64,000 nt of DNA from an uncultured Alphaproteobacteria bacterium. GTDB taxonomy: Bacteria > Pseudomonadota > Alphaproteobacteria > HIMB59 > GCA-002718135. Under the pieces are notes generated by a model. It was given only the letters and a program-made list of their open reading frames with translations. It did not search any database and was not told the origin of the DNA. Of the stretch, positions 28,828-38,652 are shown piece by piece. The stretch spans positions 8,207-72,206 of the forward strand of contig CABXIT010000001.1 in NCBI GenBank assembly GCA_902512325.1. The letters are read 5' to 3'. A program made the position numbers and the translations under genes. Every line of letters begins with the position of its first letter. The first letter of the stretch is position 1.

Positions 28828-29651
28828 TAAGCACTTATAGCAGGGTACTTTGCGTTAACAAGAGGTATCCATTGTTTTAAATTTTTTATACGATTGTCAG
28901 GTGAAGGATGAGTGCTAAAAAATTCTGAAGGTCCAGAATCGCCCATATCTTCTTTCATACGTTCCCAAACTTTATATGATTCATTAATATCATAACCTGC
29001 TAAACTTGAAAAAATTAAACCAAGGTAATCTGCTTCTGATTCTTGTTTTCTATTAAACGGAAGATCTAGTCCAAATTGACGAACATAACCTGCTGCCTGA
29101 GGCAGTCTTTGTCCTAAAACAAATTGCTCTAACGCCATTGTTCCAAGATCTGCTAACATAGCAGTGCTTGCTCTTTCAGCAGAATGTCTTGCCACAGCGT
29201 GAGCAATTTCATGTCCCATAACAGAAGCTACCCCATCAGCATTTTTTAATATGGGTAAAATGCCTGAGTAAAAAGCAATTTTACCTCCAGGCATACACCA
29301 TGCATTTTTTGTTTGATCATCATCAACTAAAACAAATTCCCATTGAAAATTTGAAGTTGGGTTTTCTTCTCCATTTGTTTCATAATAAATATTTATGGCG
29401 TCACGAATATTAAAACCAATATCAATCATTTGATTATATTCTGATGTGCCCGTGATAAGTTTAGATTGGGATTTAAAATTATTATAAGCAGGAAAAGTTT
29501 TGGAATATAAAAAGTCATCTGAGAGAATATTAAACTGTTGGCGATCGGATAGAGCAACCTCTGTGCAAGAAGGAAATATTAAGGATGAAGCACAAACACA
29601 TGAGCATCCATAAATAAAATTTCTTCTTGATATGTTATTTAAAACTGTCAT
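28827..29651 (-). CDS. M48-family zinc metallopeptidase, lipoprotein
   Basis: 274 aa. HEIAHAVARH (HExxH), a downstream ESEAD, and an N-terminal Cys-containing signal. Confidence 0.85.
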   Translation of the reverse strand: MTVLNNISRRNFIYGCSCVCASSLIFPSCTEVALSDRQQFNILSDDFLYSKTFPAYNNFKSQSKLITGTSEYNQMIDIGFNIRDAINIYYETNGEENPTSNFQWEFVLVDDDQTKNAWCMPGGKIAFYSGILPILKNADGVASVMGHEIAHAVARHSAERASTAMLADLGTMALEQFVLGQRLPQAAGYVRQFGLDLPFNRKQESEADYLGLIFSSLAGYDINESYKVWERMKEDMGDSGPSEFFSTHPSPDNRIKNLKQWIPLVNAKYPAISA

Positions 29652-29677
29652 TAATCTCTAAATATAAAATAAACTCA

Positions 29678-30658
29678 ATGAACTCAACCCTCCATATACC
29701 AAAAGCGGAAATTCATGTCCATCTTGAGGCAACAATAACACCGTCTTTATGCAGAAAATTTGCTGAGCGAAATAAAGTTAAGCTATCTGAGGATATTTTT
29801 GGCTCTGAGTATGCATATCAATGGGAGGATTTTTATGATTTCATTAAAAGATACGATATTGTGACCGGTGTTATTTATACTCCAGAAGATTATTATGAAC
29901 TAACTTACGAGTATCTAAAAGAATGCGCTTCTCATAATGTGCTGTATGTGGAAGCAATGGTTTCATCAACTCATGCTAAAGCTAAAGGGATGACTTATCA
30001 TTCTTTCTTAGATAGTGTTCATCAAGCATCACAAGATGCTGAAAGAGATTTTGGTATAGTTTCAAGATATTTAATGAATGGAATAAGACATTTAGGAGCT
30101 GAGTCTGTTCAAGAAACAGCAGAAGAAGTTCTTAAGCATCCTCACCCAGCTCTTGTAGGTTTTGGTTTAGCAGGTGATGAGCTTCATTTTCCACCACATT
30201 TATTTGCCAAAACATTCGATATGTTAAAACAAGAGTCATATCCCATCACTGTTCATGCTGGGGAATGGGATGGTCCGGAAAATATTCGTAATGCAATACA
30301 TCTCTTACATCCAACGCGTTTAGGCCACGGTGTTCGCTCGATAGAAGATTTAGCTTTAGTAAAAGAAATTGTGGAGAAAGATATTGTTTTAGAAACCTGC
30401 CCTACAAGCAATATTGCAACTAAAATTTATAAGAATTATGAAACACATCCCGTGAAAAAATTACATGAATTAGGAGCAAGAGTAACTGTTAATTCTGATG
30501 ACCCTCCTTTTTTTAATGCAACAATTCAAGGTGAGTATGACGCTATGGCTGGTATAGGTTTTTCTGAGCAAGAACTTTTATCAATGACGCAAAATGCAAT
30601 TGAATCTTCATTTCTAGAAGAAGATAAAAAAACAGAAATTTTAACTAAATTAAATTAG
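29678..30658 (+). CDS. add: Adenosine deaminase
   Basis: Motifs KAEIHVHLE, HAGE and SDDPPFF. I prefer the ATG at 29678 to the ORF-track start at 29627, which would overlap the divergent M48 gene. Confidence 0.9.
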   Translation: MNSTLHIPKAEIHVHLEATITPSLCRKFAERNKVKLSEDIFGSEYAYQWEDFYDFIKRYDIVTGVIYTPEDYYELTYEYLKECASHNVLYVEAMVSSTHAKAKGMTYHSFLDSVHQASQDAERDFGIVSRYLMNGIRHLGAESVQETAEEVLKHPHPALVGFGLAGDELHFPPHLFAKTFDMLKQESYPITVHAGEWDGPENIRNAIHLLHPTRLGHGVRSIEDLALVKEIVEKDIVLETCPTSNIATKIYKNYETHPVKKLHELGARVTVNSDDPPFFNATIQGEYDAMAGIGFSEQELLSMTQNAIESSFLEEDKKTEILTKLN

Positions 30659-31619
30659 ATAATTTAACTAAGGGTCTTGCACCGTAGTGGGAGATAATCT
30701 CCGCTGCTGCAATCGATGCATAGTTGCCACAGGTAGCAAGATCTTTTCCTTTTGCCATGCCAAATAAAAAACCACCTGCATATAAATCTCCAGCACCAGT
30801 TGTATCCACAACTCTGTCAACTTTCACAGGCTTAACTTCAATAACCTCATCATTGTTAATAATAACAGAACCATCAGCAGCTCTTGTGATAGCAACAATC
30901 ATATTTAGTGACTTTGCATATTCAACAGCTTTATCAAAACTATCACTTTCACATTGTGCTTTAATTTCATCTTCATTGGCAAATAAAATATCTACATCAT
31001 TTTCAATAAGCTCTTTAAAGGAGTCTCTATGCCTATCAACACAAAACAAATCTGATAAAGTAAAAGCAATTTTTTGATTATCTAATTTACATATATCAAC
31101 CATTTTTTTCATAGCCATTTTAGCATCTTGGTTGTCCCACAAATAACCTTCTAGATAAGCAATTTTATGACTAGTTATATGTTCTGGATGAATATCTTCA
31201 GGCCCAATTAAGGTTCCTGCTCCTAAAAATGTACACATGGTTCTTGTTCCATCATCTTCAACAAAAATAGTACAACAACCAGTTGAAATATCAGGAGAAG
31301 TAAAGCCGAGAGGAAATTGTAAACCTTCTCTAACCATGTCTTTTTGAAGAAATATCCCTACCTCATCATTTTTTATTTTGCCTATAAAACTGCCATTTCC
31401 ACCTAAAGACGTAATACCAAACATAGAATTTCCAAGAGAGCCACCCCCTGCCATTTCTTTAATAGAATAATTTTGATGAAGAGAATTTTTTAAATCTTCG
31501 TCAATTAAATTCATGGAGTCACGATTTAAATTATTTTTTTCAATCTCTTCTTTTGTAGATGGAATAATGGCATCAACCATTGCATTTCCAATGCCCACGA
31601 TATCAAGTTTATTTGTCAT
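30645..31619 (-). CDS. PfkB-family kinase, probably adenosine kinase
   Basis: 324 aa. N-terminal GNAMVD and C-terminal DTTGAGDLYAGGFLFG. It lies next to add. Confidence 0.8.
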   Translation of the reverse strand: MTNKLDIVGIGNAMVDAIIPSTKEEIEKNNLNRDSMNLIDEDLKNSLHQNYSIKEMAGGGSLGNSMFGITSLGGNGSFIGKIKNDEVGIFLQKDMVREGLQFPLGFTSPDISTGCCTIFVEDDGTRTMCTFLGAGTLIGPEDIHPEHITSHKIAYLEGYLWDNQDAKMAMKKMVDICKLDNQKIAFTLSDLFCVDRHRDSFKELIENDVDILFANEDEIKAQCESDSFDKAVEYAKSLNMIVAITRAADGSVIINNDEVIEVKPVKVDRVVDTTGAGDLYAGGFLFGMAKGKDLATCGNYASIAAAEIISHYGARPLVKLSNLI

Positions 31620-32499
31620 TTGTTTTTTGTATAATTGGTAAAAGCTGCACTATAATCACACCTAAAAAAATTGCAACACATCCTAGAAATTTATTTAAGT
31701 CTAAAGTTTGATTAATAAGTAACCATCCTGCTATTGTAGCAAAGACACCTTCCATGGAAAGAATAATAGCTGCTGGGGCAGGACTTGCTTTATGTTGTGC
31801 TATTATTTGCAGAGTGTAACCCAGACCAGCTGATAAAATACCTGTGTACAATATTTCGAACCATTCTATTGAAATGTTTTTAAATGTAGGATTTTCAAAA
31901 GTTCCAGCAATGAGAAGTGACAAAAGAAAGACAATAAAATATTGTATACTTCCATAGGTAAAAGGAGAGTTAAATTGTTTCATAAACATATCAATAAGAA
32001 TTATGTGAAATGCAAAACAGAAAGCTGAAATAAATATTAATGCATCGGAACGCTGTATCTCAACACTTTGATTAGAAGATAAGAGATAGGACCCATAAAC
32101 ACATAACAGGATAGCAATCCAGATTATCCAATGCAGCTGAGATTTAAATACAAAGCGAGAAATGATTCCTACTATTGGAACATAAAGTGTTGTTATAAAT
32201 GCTACGTTTGAAATTTGGGAAATTTGCAGTGCATATTGTTGCAATCCCATTCCCAAGAAAAGAAAAAAACCTGTGGCAATTGATAATAGTAATAATTTAG
32301 AATTAGAAAAAATTTTATAAAAGTTATTCCTTTCAAAATATAAAGCCAAGGGCAATACAGTTATTGTAGCAAAGAAAAATCTTGCAAAACTGAAAGTAAA
32401 AGGACCAATTGCTCCCATACCAGTTGCTTGTGAGACAAAAGCTGTACCCCATATCAAACTAGCAATTAGCATTAAAATATTTGCACGAGTTTGAGACAT
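31609..32499 (-). CDS. DMT-superfamily (EamA-like) transporter
   Basis: 296 aa with 10 predicted TM segments as two EamA repeats. Confidence 0.8.
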   Translation of the reverse strand: MSQTRANILMLIASLIWGTAFVSQATGMGAIGPFTFSFARFFFATITVLPLALYFERNNFYKIFSNSKLLLLSIATGFFLFLGMGLQQYALQISQISNVAFITTLYVPIVGIISRFVFKSQLHWIIWIAILLCVYGSYLLSSNQSVEIQRSDALIFISAFCFAFHIILIDMFMKQFNSPFTYGSIQYFIVFLLSLLIAGTFENPTFKNISIEWFEILYTGILSAGLGYTLQIIAQHKASPAPAAIILSMEGVFATIAGWLLINQTLDLNKFLGCVAIFLGVIIVQLLPIIQKTNDK

Positions 32500-32504
32500 A
32501 AAAA

Positions 32505-34307
32505 CTATCTATTTAGTTTTAGTACTTTTTCTTGATTAACCCACCAAGACTCAATGACTATGCCATAAAGAGGAATTGTTTCAGGGAACTCAAAGATATT
32601 CCAATAAGCAATTCTATCTGTGTTGCTATGATATAAGGGGATTACATAATGACCCCATAAAAGAACTCTATCTAAAGCATGTATTGCGGTAGTTAGCTCT
32701 TCTCTTGTTTGTGCTCCAATTAATTGTTCAATTAAATAATCAACAACTTTACTCTCAACACCCGCATAGTTTCTACTTCCTTCTTTTTTACCTACTTCTG
32801 AGCCATAATAAAACTGCTGTTCATTGCCCGGACTCAGACTAACATTCCAAGAAGCTTTGATCATATCAAAATCATAATTTAATAACCTAGCTTGATATTG
32901 TGAAGAATCTACAGTGCGTACATTCATTGTTATACCCAATACTTCTAATGTTTTTTGAAAAGCTAAAGCAATTCTTTCCACTGAAGGACTGACAATTAAA
33001 AACTCAAATTCAAAATGCCTCCCATCTTTCATAAGCTTTCCATTATTGATGATCCATCCTTCTTCTTCTAATATTTTTTTTGCTATTCTTAAATTTTCTC
33101 TAGGATTTCCACCCCCATCTGTTTCAGGTGGTGCATAAGTTGTGGTAAATATTTCCGCAGGTAGTTGATCTTTGAAAGGGTTTAATAATTCCAATTCTTT
33201 TGCTGAAGGTAGACCAGTTGAAGCTAAGGGAGAGTTATCAAAATAACTATCGGTTCTAACATAAGCATTATTATATAAAACTTTATTAATCCATTCATGA
33301 TCATAGGCGAAAGAAAGGGCATATCTGACACGTGGATTATTAAAAATATCTTTGCGTGAATTAAAAATTAATGCATTCATTCCTGATGGCCTATCATTTT
33401 TCATTTCATTTAAAACCACATCACCGTTTGAGACAGCATCAAAACCATACTCAGCAAACCATCTTTTTGCATTGTATTCTCGGCGATAATCATACTCACC
33501 AACTTTAAAAGCTTCTACAAGTACGGTAGAGTCTTTGTAATAGTCATAAATTATTTGATCAAAATTATACTGTCCTTTGTTAACAGGTAAATCTTTTGCC
33601 CAATAACCTTCCACTCTTTGGTATTTTATTTGACGACCAGGATCTAAACTTTCAATACGATAAGGCCCACTTCCAAGAGGAATATCTAAGAAAGTTTTTG
33701 TAACATCAATTTCACTATAATATTTTTTTGGAATAATAGGGAGGAAGCCAGCAACAATCAAGGGTAGTTCTTTATCTTCATTATTAATGAAATTCATTTT
33801 TATTCCATTTGCGCCAACCATTTCAGTTGATATTACTTTTCCATAGGTCTTTTTTTGGTTTGGTGTTCCTTTTGTTTGAAAAGTCTCTAAACTAAACAAA
33901 ACATCTTCTCTTGTAATCGGAGAGCCATCATGAAATTTTGCATTTGGATTAATATAAAATGTAATTGATGATCTATCTTTTGGCATTTCTACATGTTCTG
34001 CAATTAAACCATATAAGGTAAACGCTTCATCCCATACTCTTCTCATAAGTGTGTCATTGATGTATCCAAGACCAGCAGCTTTAGATCCTTTAAAAGCAAC
34101 TCTATTTAAATTATCAAATGCACCATATGCACCAAATCGCACAACTCCTCCTTTAGGAGCATTTGGATTAACATAATCTAGATGAGTAAATCCTTCTTCA
34201 TATTTTGGTTTACCATGCATTGCAATTCCGTGTGTTTTTTCAGCGAATGATGCAGAGGTAATAAACGTAAGAAATAATGTAACTATTAAGAGATGCTTAT
34301 GATTCAT
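32505..34307 (-). CDS. Family-5 (peptide/opine, YejA-like) ABC substrate-binding protein
   Basis: 600 aa. Signal peptide and typical SBP_bac_5 length and motifs (GSGPY, FDM). No cognate permease or ATPase gene lies adjacent. Confidence 0.8.
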   Translation of the reverse strand: MNHKHLLIVTLFLTFITSASFAEKTHGIAMHGKPKYEEGFTHLDYVNPNAPKGGVVRFGAYGAFDNLNRVAFKGSKAAGLGYINDTLMRRVWDEAFTLYGLIAEHVEMPKDRSSITFYINPNAKFHDGSPITREDVLFSLETFQTKGTPNQKKTYGKVISTEMVGANGIKMNFINNEDKELPLIVAGFLPIIPKKYYSEIDVTKTFLDIPLGSGPYRIESLDPGRQIKYQRVEGYWAKDLPVNKGQYNFDQIIYDYYKDSTVLVEAFKVGEYDYRREYNAKRWFAEYGFDAVSNGDVVLNEMKNDRPSGMNALIFNSRKDIFNNPRVRYALSFAYDHEWINKVLYNNAYVRTDSYFDNSPLASTGLPSAKELELLNPFKDQLPAEIFTTTYAPPETDGGGNPRENLRIAKKILEEEGWIINNGKLMKDGRHFEFEFLIVSPSVERIALAFQKTLEVLGITMNVRTVDSSQYQARLLNYDFDMIKASWNVSLSPGNEQQFYYGSEVGKKEGSRNYAGVESKVVDYLIEQLIGAQTREELTTAIHALDRVLLWGHYVIPLYHSNTDRIAYWNIFEFPETIPLYGIVIESWWVNQEKVLKLNR

Positions 34308-34395
34308 AATAACTTTTTATCAACTAAATACGGTATTTTGAAGAGGAAGTTCTTTGAAACTACTTTTTTTCTAATTACGATATATATAGAAAAAG

Positions 34396-35313
34396 ATGAA
34401 AATTTTACCCTCAGAAATAACTCCTTATACAAATTACTTGAATAGGAGAAAATTCATTAAATCTTCTATAGCAACTAGCTTAGTATTAGGTACGTCAACA
34501 GGCCTTCAAGCAAACCACGCATCAAATCAAAATATTTATGATAATCAACTTGATGAAAATGATTCTTTAAATAGCTTTGAGGAAATAACTACTTATAATA
34601 ATTTTTATGAATTTGGCATGGGGAAAACTGATCCTGCTGAAAATTCTGGTGACTTTAAACCTAAACCATGGTCGATATCTCTAGAAGGTTTGATTAACAA
34701 TCCTCAAGTTCTTGATTTGGAAAAACTTTTACAAAAAGTAACAATTGAAGACAGGGTATATAGATTAAGATGTGTTGAAGCTTGGTCTATGGTGATTCCT
34801 TGGCAAGGTTTTCCTCTAGCAGAAATAATTAAAATAGCAGACCCACTGTCCTCTGCAAAATTTATACAATTCGAAACAGTTTTTAGACCTGAAGAAATGC
34901 CTGGTCAAAAAAGAAGATCACTTCCTTGGCCTTATGTAGAAGGTTTGCGTATCGATGAAGCGATGCATCCTCTAACCATCTTATCAACTGGATTATATGG
35001 ACATGATTTACTTAATCAAAGTGGCGCACCTTTGAGATTAGTTGTGCCCTGGAAGTATGGCTTTAAATCTATTAAATCAATTTCCTCTATAAGGTTTGTT
35101 GATAAACAACCTGACGCTACTTGGCCAATGTTAGCGCCTAGTGAATATGGTTTTTATTCTAATGTAAATAATCTTGTTGATCATCCGAGATGGAGTCAGG
35201 GCACAGAAAGACGTATAGGCGAATTTAAAAGACGGAAAACAATGATGTATAATGGATACGAAGAAGATGTTAGTCATTTATATAAGGGAATGGATTTGAA
35301 AAAATATTATTAA
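34396..35313 (+). CDS. msrP: Protein-methionine-sulfoxide reductase, molybdopterin catalytic subunit
   Basis: 305 aa. Tat signal NRRKFIKSS, plus [15 protein letters not shown] and [16 protein letters not shown]. Confidence 0.9.
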   Translation: MKILPSEITPYTNYLNRRKFIKSSIATSLVLGTSTGLQANHASNQNIYDNQLDENDSLNSFEEITTYNNFYEFGMGKTDPAENSGDFKPKPWSISLEGLINNPQVLDLEKLLQKVTIEDRVYRLRCVEAWSMVIPWQGFPLAEIIKIADPLSSAKFIQFETVFRPEEMPGQKRRSLPWPYVEGLRIDEAMHPLTILSTGLYGHDLLNQSGAPLRLVVPWKYGFKSIKSISSIRFVDKQPDATWPMLAPSEYGFYSNVNNLVDHPRWSQGTERRIGEFKRRKTMMYNGYEEDVSHLYKGMDLKKYY

Positions 35314-35316
35314 ATA

Positions 35317-35922
35317 ATGATATCTTCGCAATTATTTAAAAAAATTAAACCTCTAATTTTTTTTGTTATATTTTTACCGAGTCTTATCTGGTGTTATCAA
35401 TTTATTAATGGTTCTTTGGGCGTAAACCCCATAGAAAAATTAATGGATAATATGGGGGAGATGGCACTACGCTTAATTGTGCTAACTTTATTTATTTCTT
35501 CTTTAAGTGAGTTTAAAAAATTCCGCTTTTTAATAGAAGTTAGAAGGATGATTGGGTTGTTTGCTTTCTTTTATGTCTCTTGTCATTTTTTAATTTATAT
35601 AGTCCTAGATCATTTCTTTAATATGACTTTTATAATTAAGGATATTATAAAAAGACCCTTTATCACTTTTGGATTTATAAGTTTTATTTTTTTGACTCCA
35701 TTAGCCATTACATCACCAAAAATAATGTTAAAAAAATTAGGTTTTAAGGCTTGGAAAAAAATTCATTATTTGATTTATCCAGCTTCAATTTTATCGAGCG
35801 TACACTTTTATATGTTGGTTAGAGCAAATAAAATTGAACCAGCAATTTATATTTTCTTAATTTTAGTATTATTGCTTTACAGACTATATTATAAAATTAT
35901 TCTTCCTCAATTGGCTCGGTAA
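35317..35922 (+). CDS. msrQ: Protein-methionine-sulfoxide reductase, heme-binding membrane subunit
   Basis: 201 aa. Ferric-reductase-like TM protein with conserved His residues, directly after msrP. Confidence 0.85.
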   Translation: MISSQLFKKIKPLIFFVIFLPSLIWCYQFINGSLGVNPIEKLMDNMGEMALRLIVLTLFISSLSEFKKFRFLIEVRRMIGLFAFFYVSCHFLIYIVLDHFFNMTFIIKDIIKRPFITFGFISFIFLTPLAITSPKIMLKKLGFKAWKKIHYLIYPASILSSVHFYMLVRANKIEPAIYIFLILVLLLYRLYYKIILPQLAR

Positions 35923-37135
35923 TAGGATTAAGCTCCATACCTGCTGGTGTAATATTACGCGGAAGGGGAACATATTGAGATTCACTATCAGTAGGAATAG
36001 CTCTTTTTGTCATACGATATAAACCAAATAAACCAAGTAAACCGTGAACTAATAATAAATAAACATGATAACCGTTAGGGCCAGTTATACTCATAATTCC
36101 TGATACAAAAAGTGGACCCAAAATAGATCCTACACCTAAAAGTTTAGCAAAAGCAGAACTAGCAGCAACAATTTCATTTTGCTCAAGAAAGTCATTAGTA
36201 TGTGCAATGGCTAAAGAATACATCGGTAGAGACATGCAGGAATAAAGTGCAGTTAAAATAAAAAATAAAGTTAGAGAAATATAAGAAGAAACAACTATTA
36301 GAATACATAAACCAGATGCTGCAAAAGTAACTCCTATCAAAATTAACCTTCTATCCATTTTGTCTGATAGATAACCAATGGGCCATTGAGAAAGCGCACC
36401 AAAGGAAGTTATAATAACCATAAAGATAGAAACTTCTAAAATACTTAATCCTTTCGCAGTAGCATAAACAGCACCATATCCAAATACCGCACTATGGGCC
36501 AAGCCTACAGATAATGCCCCTACAAATCCTAAAGGAGAAATTGCATAAAACTCTGAAAGAGAGAAACTTTTTGTATCAGAGGTATTAGGTTGTTCAGTAT
36601 TTGAAAGAAGTATAGGAAGTAAAGCAAATGACAATAAAATTGACACTAAGATAAACAAATCAACTTTAGCTGGATCACTTATATTTAAAAGTAATTGACC
36701 TAACCCAACAAAAACAAAAGTGATGATCATATATACCGATAATAATTGACCACGTGTTTGATTTGTTGATTTATCATTTAACCAACTCTCCATAATAATA
36801 AAAATCCCAGACAAACTTATCCCAGTAAAAATTCTAATTAAAAACCAAGAATAGGGATCAAGAAATATAGAGTGTAACAGTATTGCGATTGATGCCAAAG
36901 ATGCTAGAGCAGCAAAGACTCGTATATGACCAACACGTTTTAAAAAGACTGGGATGATAATAGAGCCCGATAGGTAGCCGACATAATATCCTGCAACAAC
37001 TAATCCTGCTGAAATAAAACTAAATCCTTCAATGATAGATCGAACACCGATTAATGTTCCTTGTAGGCCATGAGCTAAACTAATTATTCCAAAACCAAAA
37101 AAAAGGGCCCAAGTGTTGCGAAGCACAGTAAACAT
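35897..37135 (-). CDS. MFS transporter
   Basis: 412 aa with 12 TM segments. Its 3' end overlaps msrQ by 26 nt. Confidence 0.8.
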   Translation of the reverse strand: MFTVLRNTWALFFGFGIISLAHGLQGTLIGVRSIIEGFSFISAGLVVAGYYVGYLSGSIIIPVFLKRVGHIRVFAALASLASIAILLHSIFLDPYSWFLIRIFTGISLSGIFIIMESWLNDKSTNQTRGQLLSVYMIITFVFVGLGQLLLNISDPAKVDLFILVSILLSFALLPILLSNTEQPNTSDTKSFSLSEFYAISPLGFVGALSVGLAHSAVFGYGAVYATAKGLSILEVSIFMVIITSFGALSQWPIGYLSDKMDRRLILIGVTFAASGLCILIVVSSYISLTLFFILTALYSCMSLPMYSLAIAHTNDFLEQNEIVAASSAFAKLLGVGSILGPLFVSGIMSITGPNGYHVYLLLVHGLLGLFGLYRMTKRAIPTDSESQYVPLPRNITPAGMELNPITEPIEEE

Positions 37136-37157
37136 ATTAGTTGTTTTTATTTAAAAA

Positions 37158-37514
37158 TTAATATTCTTCTTCGCCATCTTCAGGCGTTTTTATGCCTGCA
37201 TCAGCAGCTGGATCTATTTCTGATTCATCTTCAATTAGTACTGTATCATCTTCAAGATTATCTTCATTATTATCTAAATCTAAATTTTCAATATCAAGAT
37301 CTTCATTTTTTTCTTTTGGTTTAGGTGGAACTGGATTTACTAAAGGTGCAGCGTTAGTACTGCCAGGTTTTCTTCCACGTCTAGGTCTAGACATTGTGGT
37401 AACCTCGATTTCTTTACCGCATTCAGGACATTCTAATTCAGATCTGCCAAGATCGTAGTATTGTTTACTACACATTGGACAAATTCTTTTTTCTCCCCAA
37501 GATTCTTTATACAT
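37158..37514 (-). CDS. TIGR02300-family zinc-ribbon protein with an acidic tail (FYDLN_acid)
   Basis: 118 aa. CPMC..YYDLGR..CPEC zinc ribbon followed by a Pro/Lys segment and a strongly acidic C-terminus. Confidence 0.75.
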   Translation of the reverse strand: MYKESWGEKRICPMCSKQYYDLGRSELECPECGKEIEVTTMSRPRRGRKPGSTNAAPLVNPVPPKPKEKNEDLDIENLDLDNNEDNLEDDTVLIEDESEIDPAADAGIKTPEDGEEEY

Positions 37515-37519
37515 ATTAG

Positions 37520-37681
37520 TTACTCTTTTTCTTTAATGTAAATTTTACCACAATAACCACAGACAACTTTATCTTGATTATCAAAACTATAATAAACTGC
37601 GGGGTGTCCTAAACCATCTTGACCACCATCGCAACATATAGTTTCTGTTTCCAATGATACTTTTTTTACATCTTGTTCCAC
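37520..37681 (-). CDS. Small zinc-finger protein (zf-CHCC / NDUFS6-like), absent from the supplied ORF track
   Basis: My own translation gives 53 aa from a GTG start: VEQDVKKVSLETETICCDGGQDGLGHPAVYYSFDNQDKVVCGYCGKIYIKEKE. The C..G..GHP.V...(n)..C.YCG pattern is typical of this alphaproteobacterial family. An in-frame stop lies 3 codons upstream of the GTG. Confidence 0.55.
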   Translation of the reverse strand: MEQDVKKVSLETETICCDGGQDGLGHPAVYYSFDNQDKVVCGYCGKIYIKEKE

Positions 37682-37752
37682 AACATCTTGCTATAAAAAA
37701 TAAAATACCAATAGTCTAGTTTTTTTAGAGAATTTAGTGAGAAATTTCAGAT

Positions 37753-38595
37753 TTAATTAATCTGAAAATATACAAGAGTGACGCCAGTTACAATTAGTAT
37801 GGAGGGTATGATTCTTTTTGCGGCAGCCTTTTCTTTTAGCAAATATAAGCTAATTATTGTTGCTAAAACAATACTTACCTCACGAATACTTGAAACATAA
37901 GCTATTTCTATAAATTGCATTGACCACACAACAAGCCCATAACCAAGAATAGCAAGCACTCCTGCACTAGCTCCCTCTATAAGACTATAAGTATTTTTCT
38001 TCCGAAAGCCATTTTTAGATATAAGTGCATAAATCAACATTGGTATTCCGTTTAATAACAACATCCAAAATATATAAGTAAATTCATTTTCAGTACTTCT
38101 TACTCCGGTACCATCAATTATTGTATAAGTTGCAATCAGAACTGCTGTTAATATTGCAAGCAAAAATCCTTTTTGATTAAATTTTTTAGCCGACATAAAT
38201 GAAATCATAAATAAACCTAAGCAAGTAACTAAAATTCCAATGATCCCAAAAAAACTAATATTGTTTGAAAAAAAAAATAAACTAATTACTACAATAAAAA
38301 AACAAGACCCACCTCTTGCGATTGGATAAACAAAAGACAAATCAGCATAATTATAAGAAGCAATTACACTGTATCTATAAAAACCATGTAAAATAGTAGT
38401 GGCAATTAAAAAATACCATATGTCAACTGTAGGAAAGGGGACAAAAAAAATCAATGGAAGAAAAACTATTATTTCAATAATGGAAGTAAAAGCCATAATT
38501 GCAAGACTATTTCTACTTTTTTTAACTATTGCACTCCAACTTGCATGGCAAAGAGCTGCAAATAAAATAATAAAAAATACCAAGCTAATAGACAA
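37753..38595 (-). CDS. DMT-type membrane protein of the phosphonate-utilisation-associated phn_DUF6 kind (copy 1)
   Basis: 280 aa, 10 TM segments, LFAALCHASW N-terminus. It borders the phosphonate genes and is a paralogue of 47114..47956. Confidence 0.7.
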   Translation of the reverse strand: MSISLVFFIILFAALCHASWSAIVKKSRNSLAIMAFTSIIEIIVFLPLIFFVPFPTVDIWYFLIATTILHGFYRYSVIASYNYADLSFVYPIARGGSCFFIVVISLFFFSNNISFFGIIGILVTCLGLFMISFMSAKKFNQKGFLLAILTAVLIATYTIIDGTGVRSTENEFTYIFWMLLLNGIPMLIYALISKNGFRKKNTYSLIEGASAGVLAILGYGLVVWSMQFIEIAYVSSIREVSIVLATIISLYLLKEKAAAKRIIPSILIVTGVTLVYFQIN

Positions 38596-38652
38596 ATCTT
38601 ATTGGTTTTATATTTAATTCATTATAGATACCACTTTTAAAATCACAAAAAA

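Noticed and set aside
29627-29677. Upstream extension of the adenosine deaminase ORF (track start 29627)
   Set aside because: The extra 17 codons would overlap the divergent M48 peptidase start and do not resemble the deaminase N-terminus. The ATG at 29678 gives MNSTLHIPKAEIHVHLE, the canonical start region.
37192-37458. 88-aa plus-strand ORF opposite the TIGR02300 zinc-ribbon gene
   Set aside because: This Ser-rich shadow frame is the complement of the acidic (GAA/GAT-rich) tail. The minus-strand zinc-ribbon protein has clear family features.
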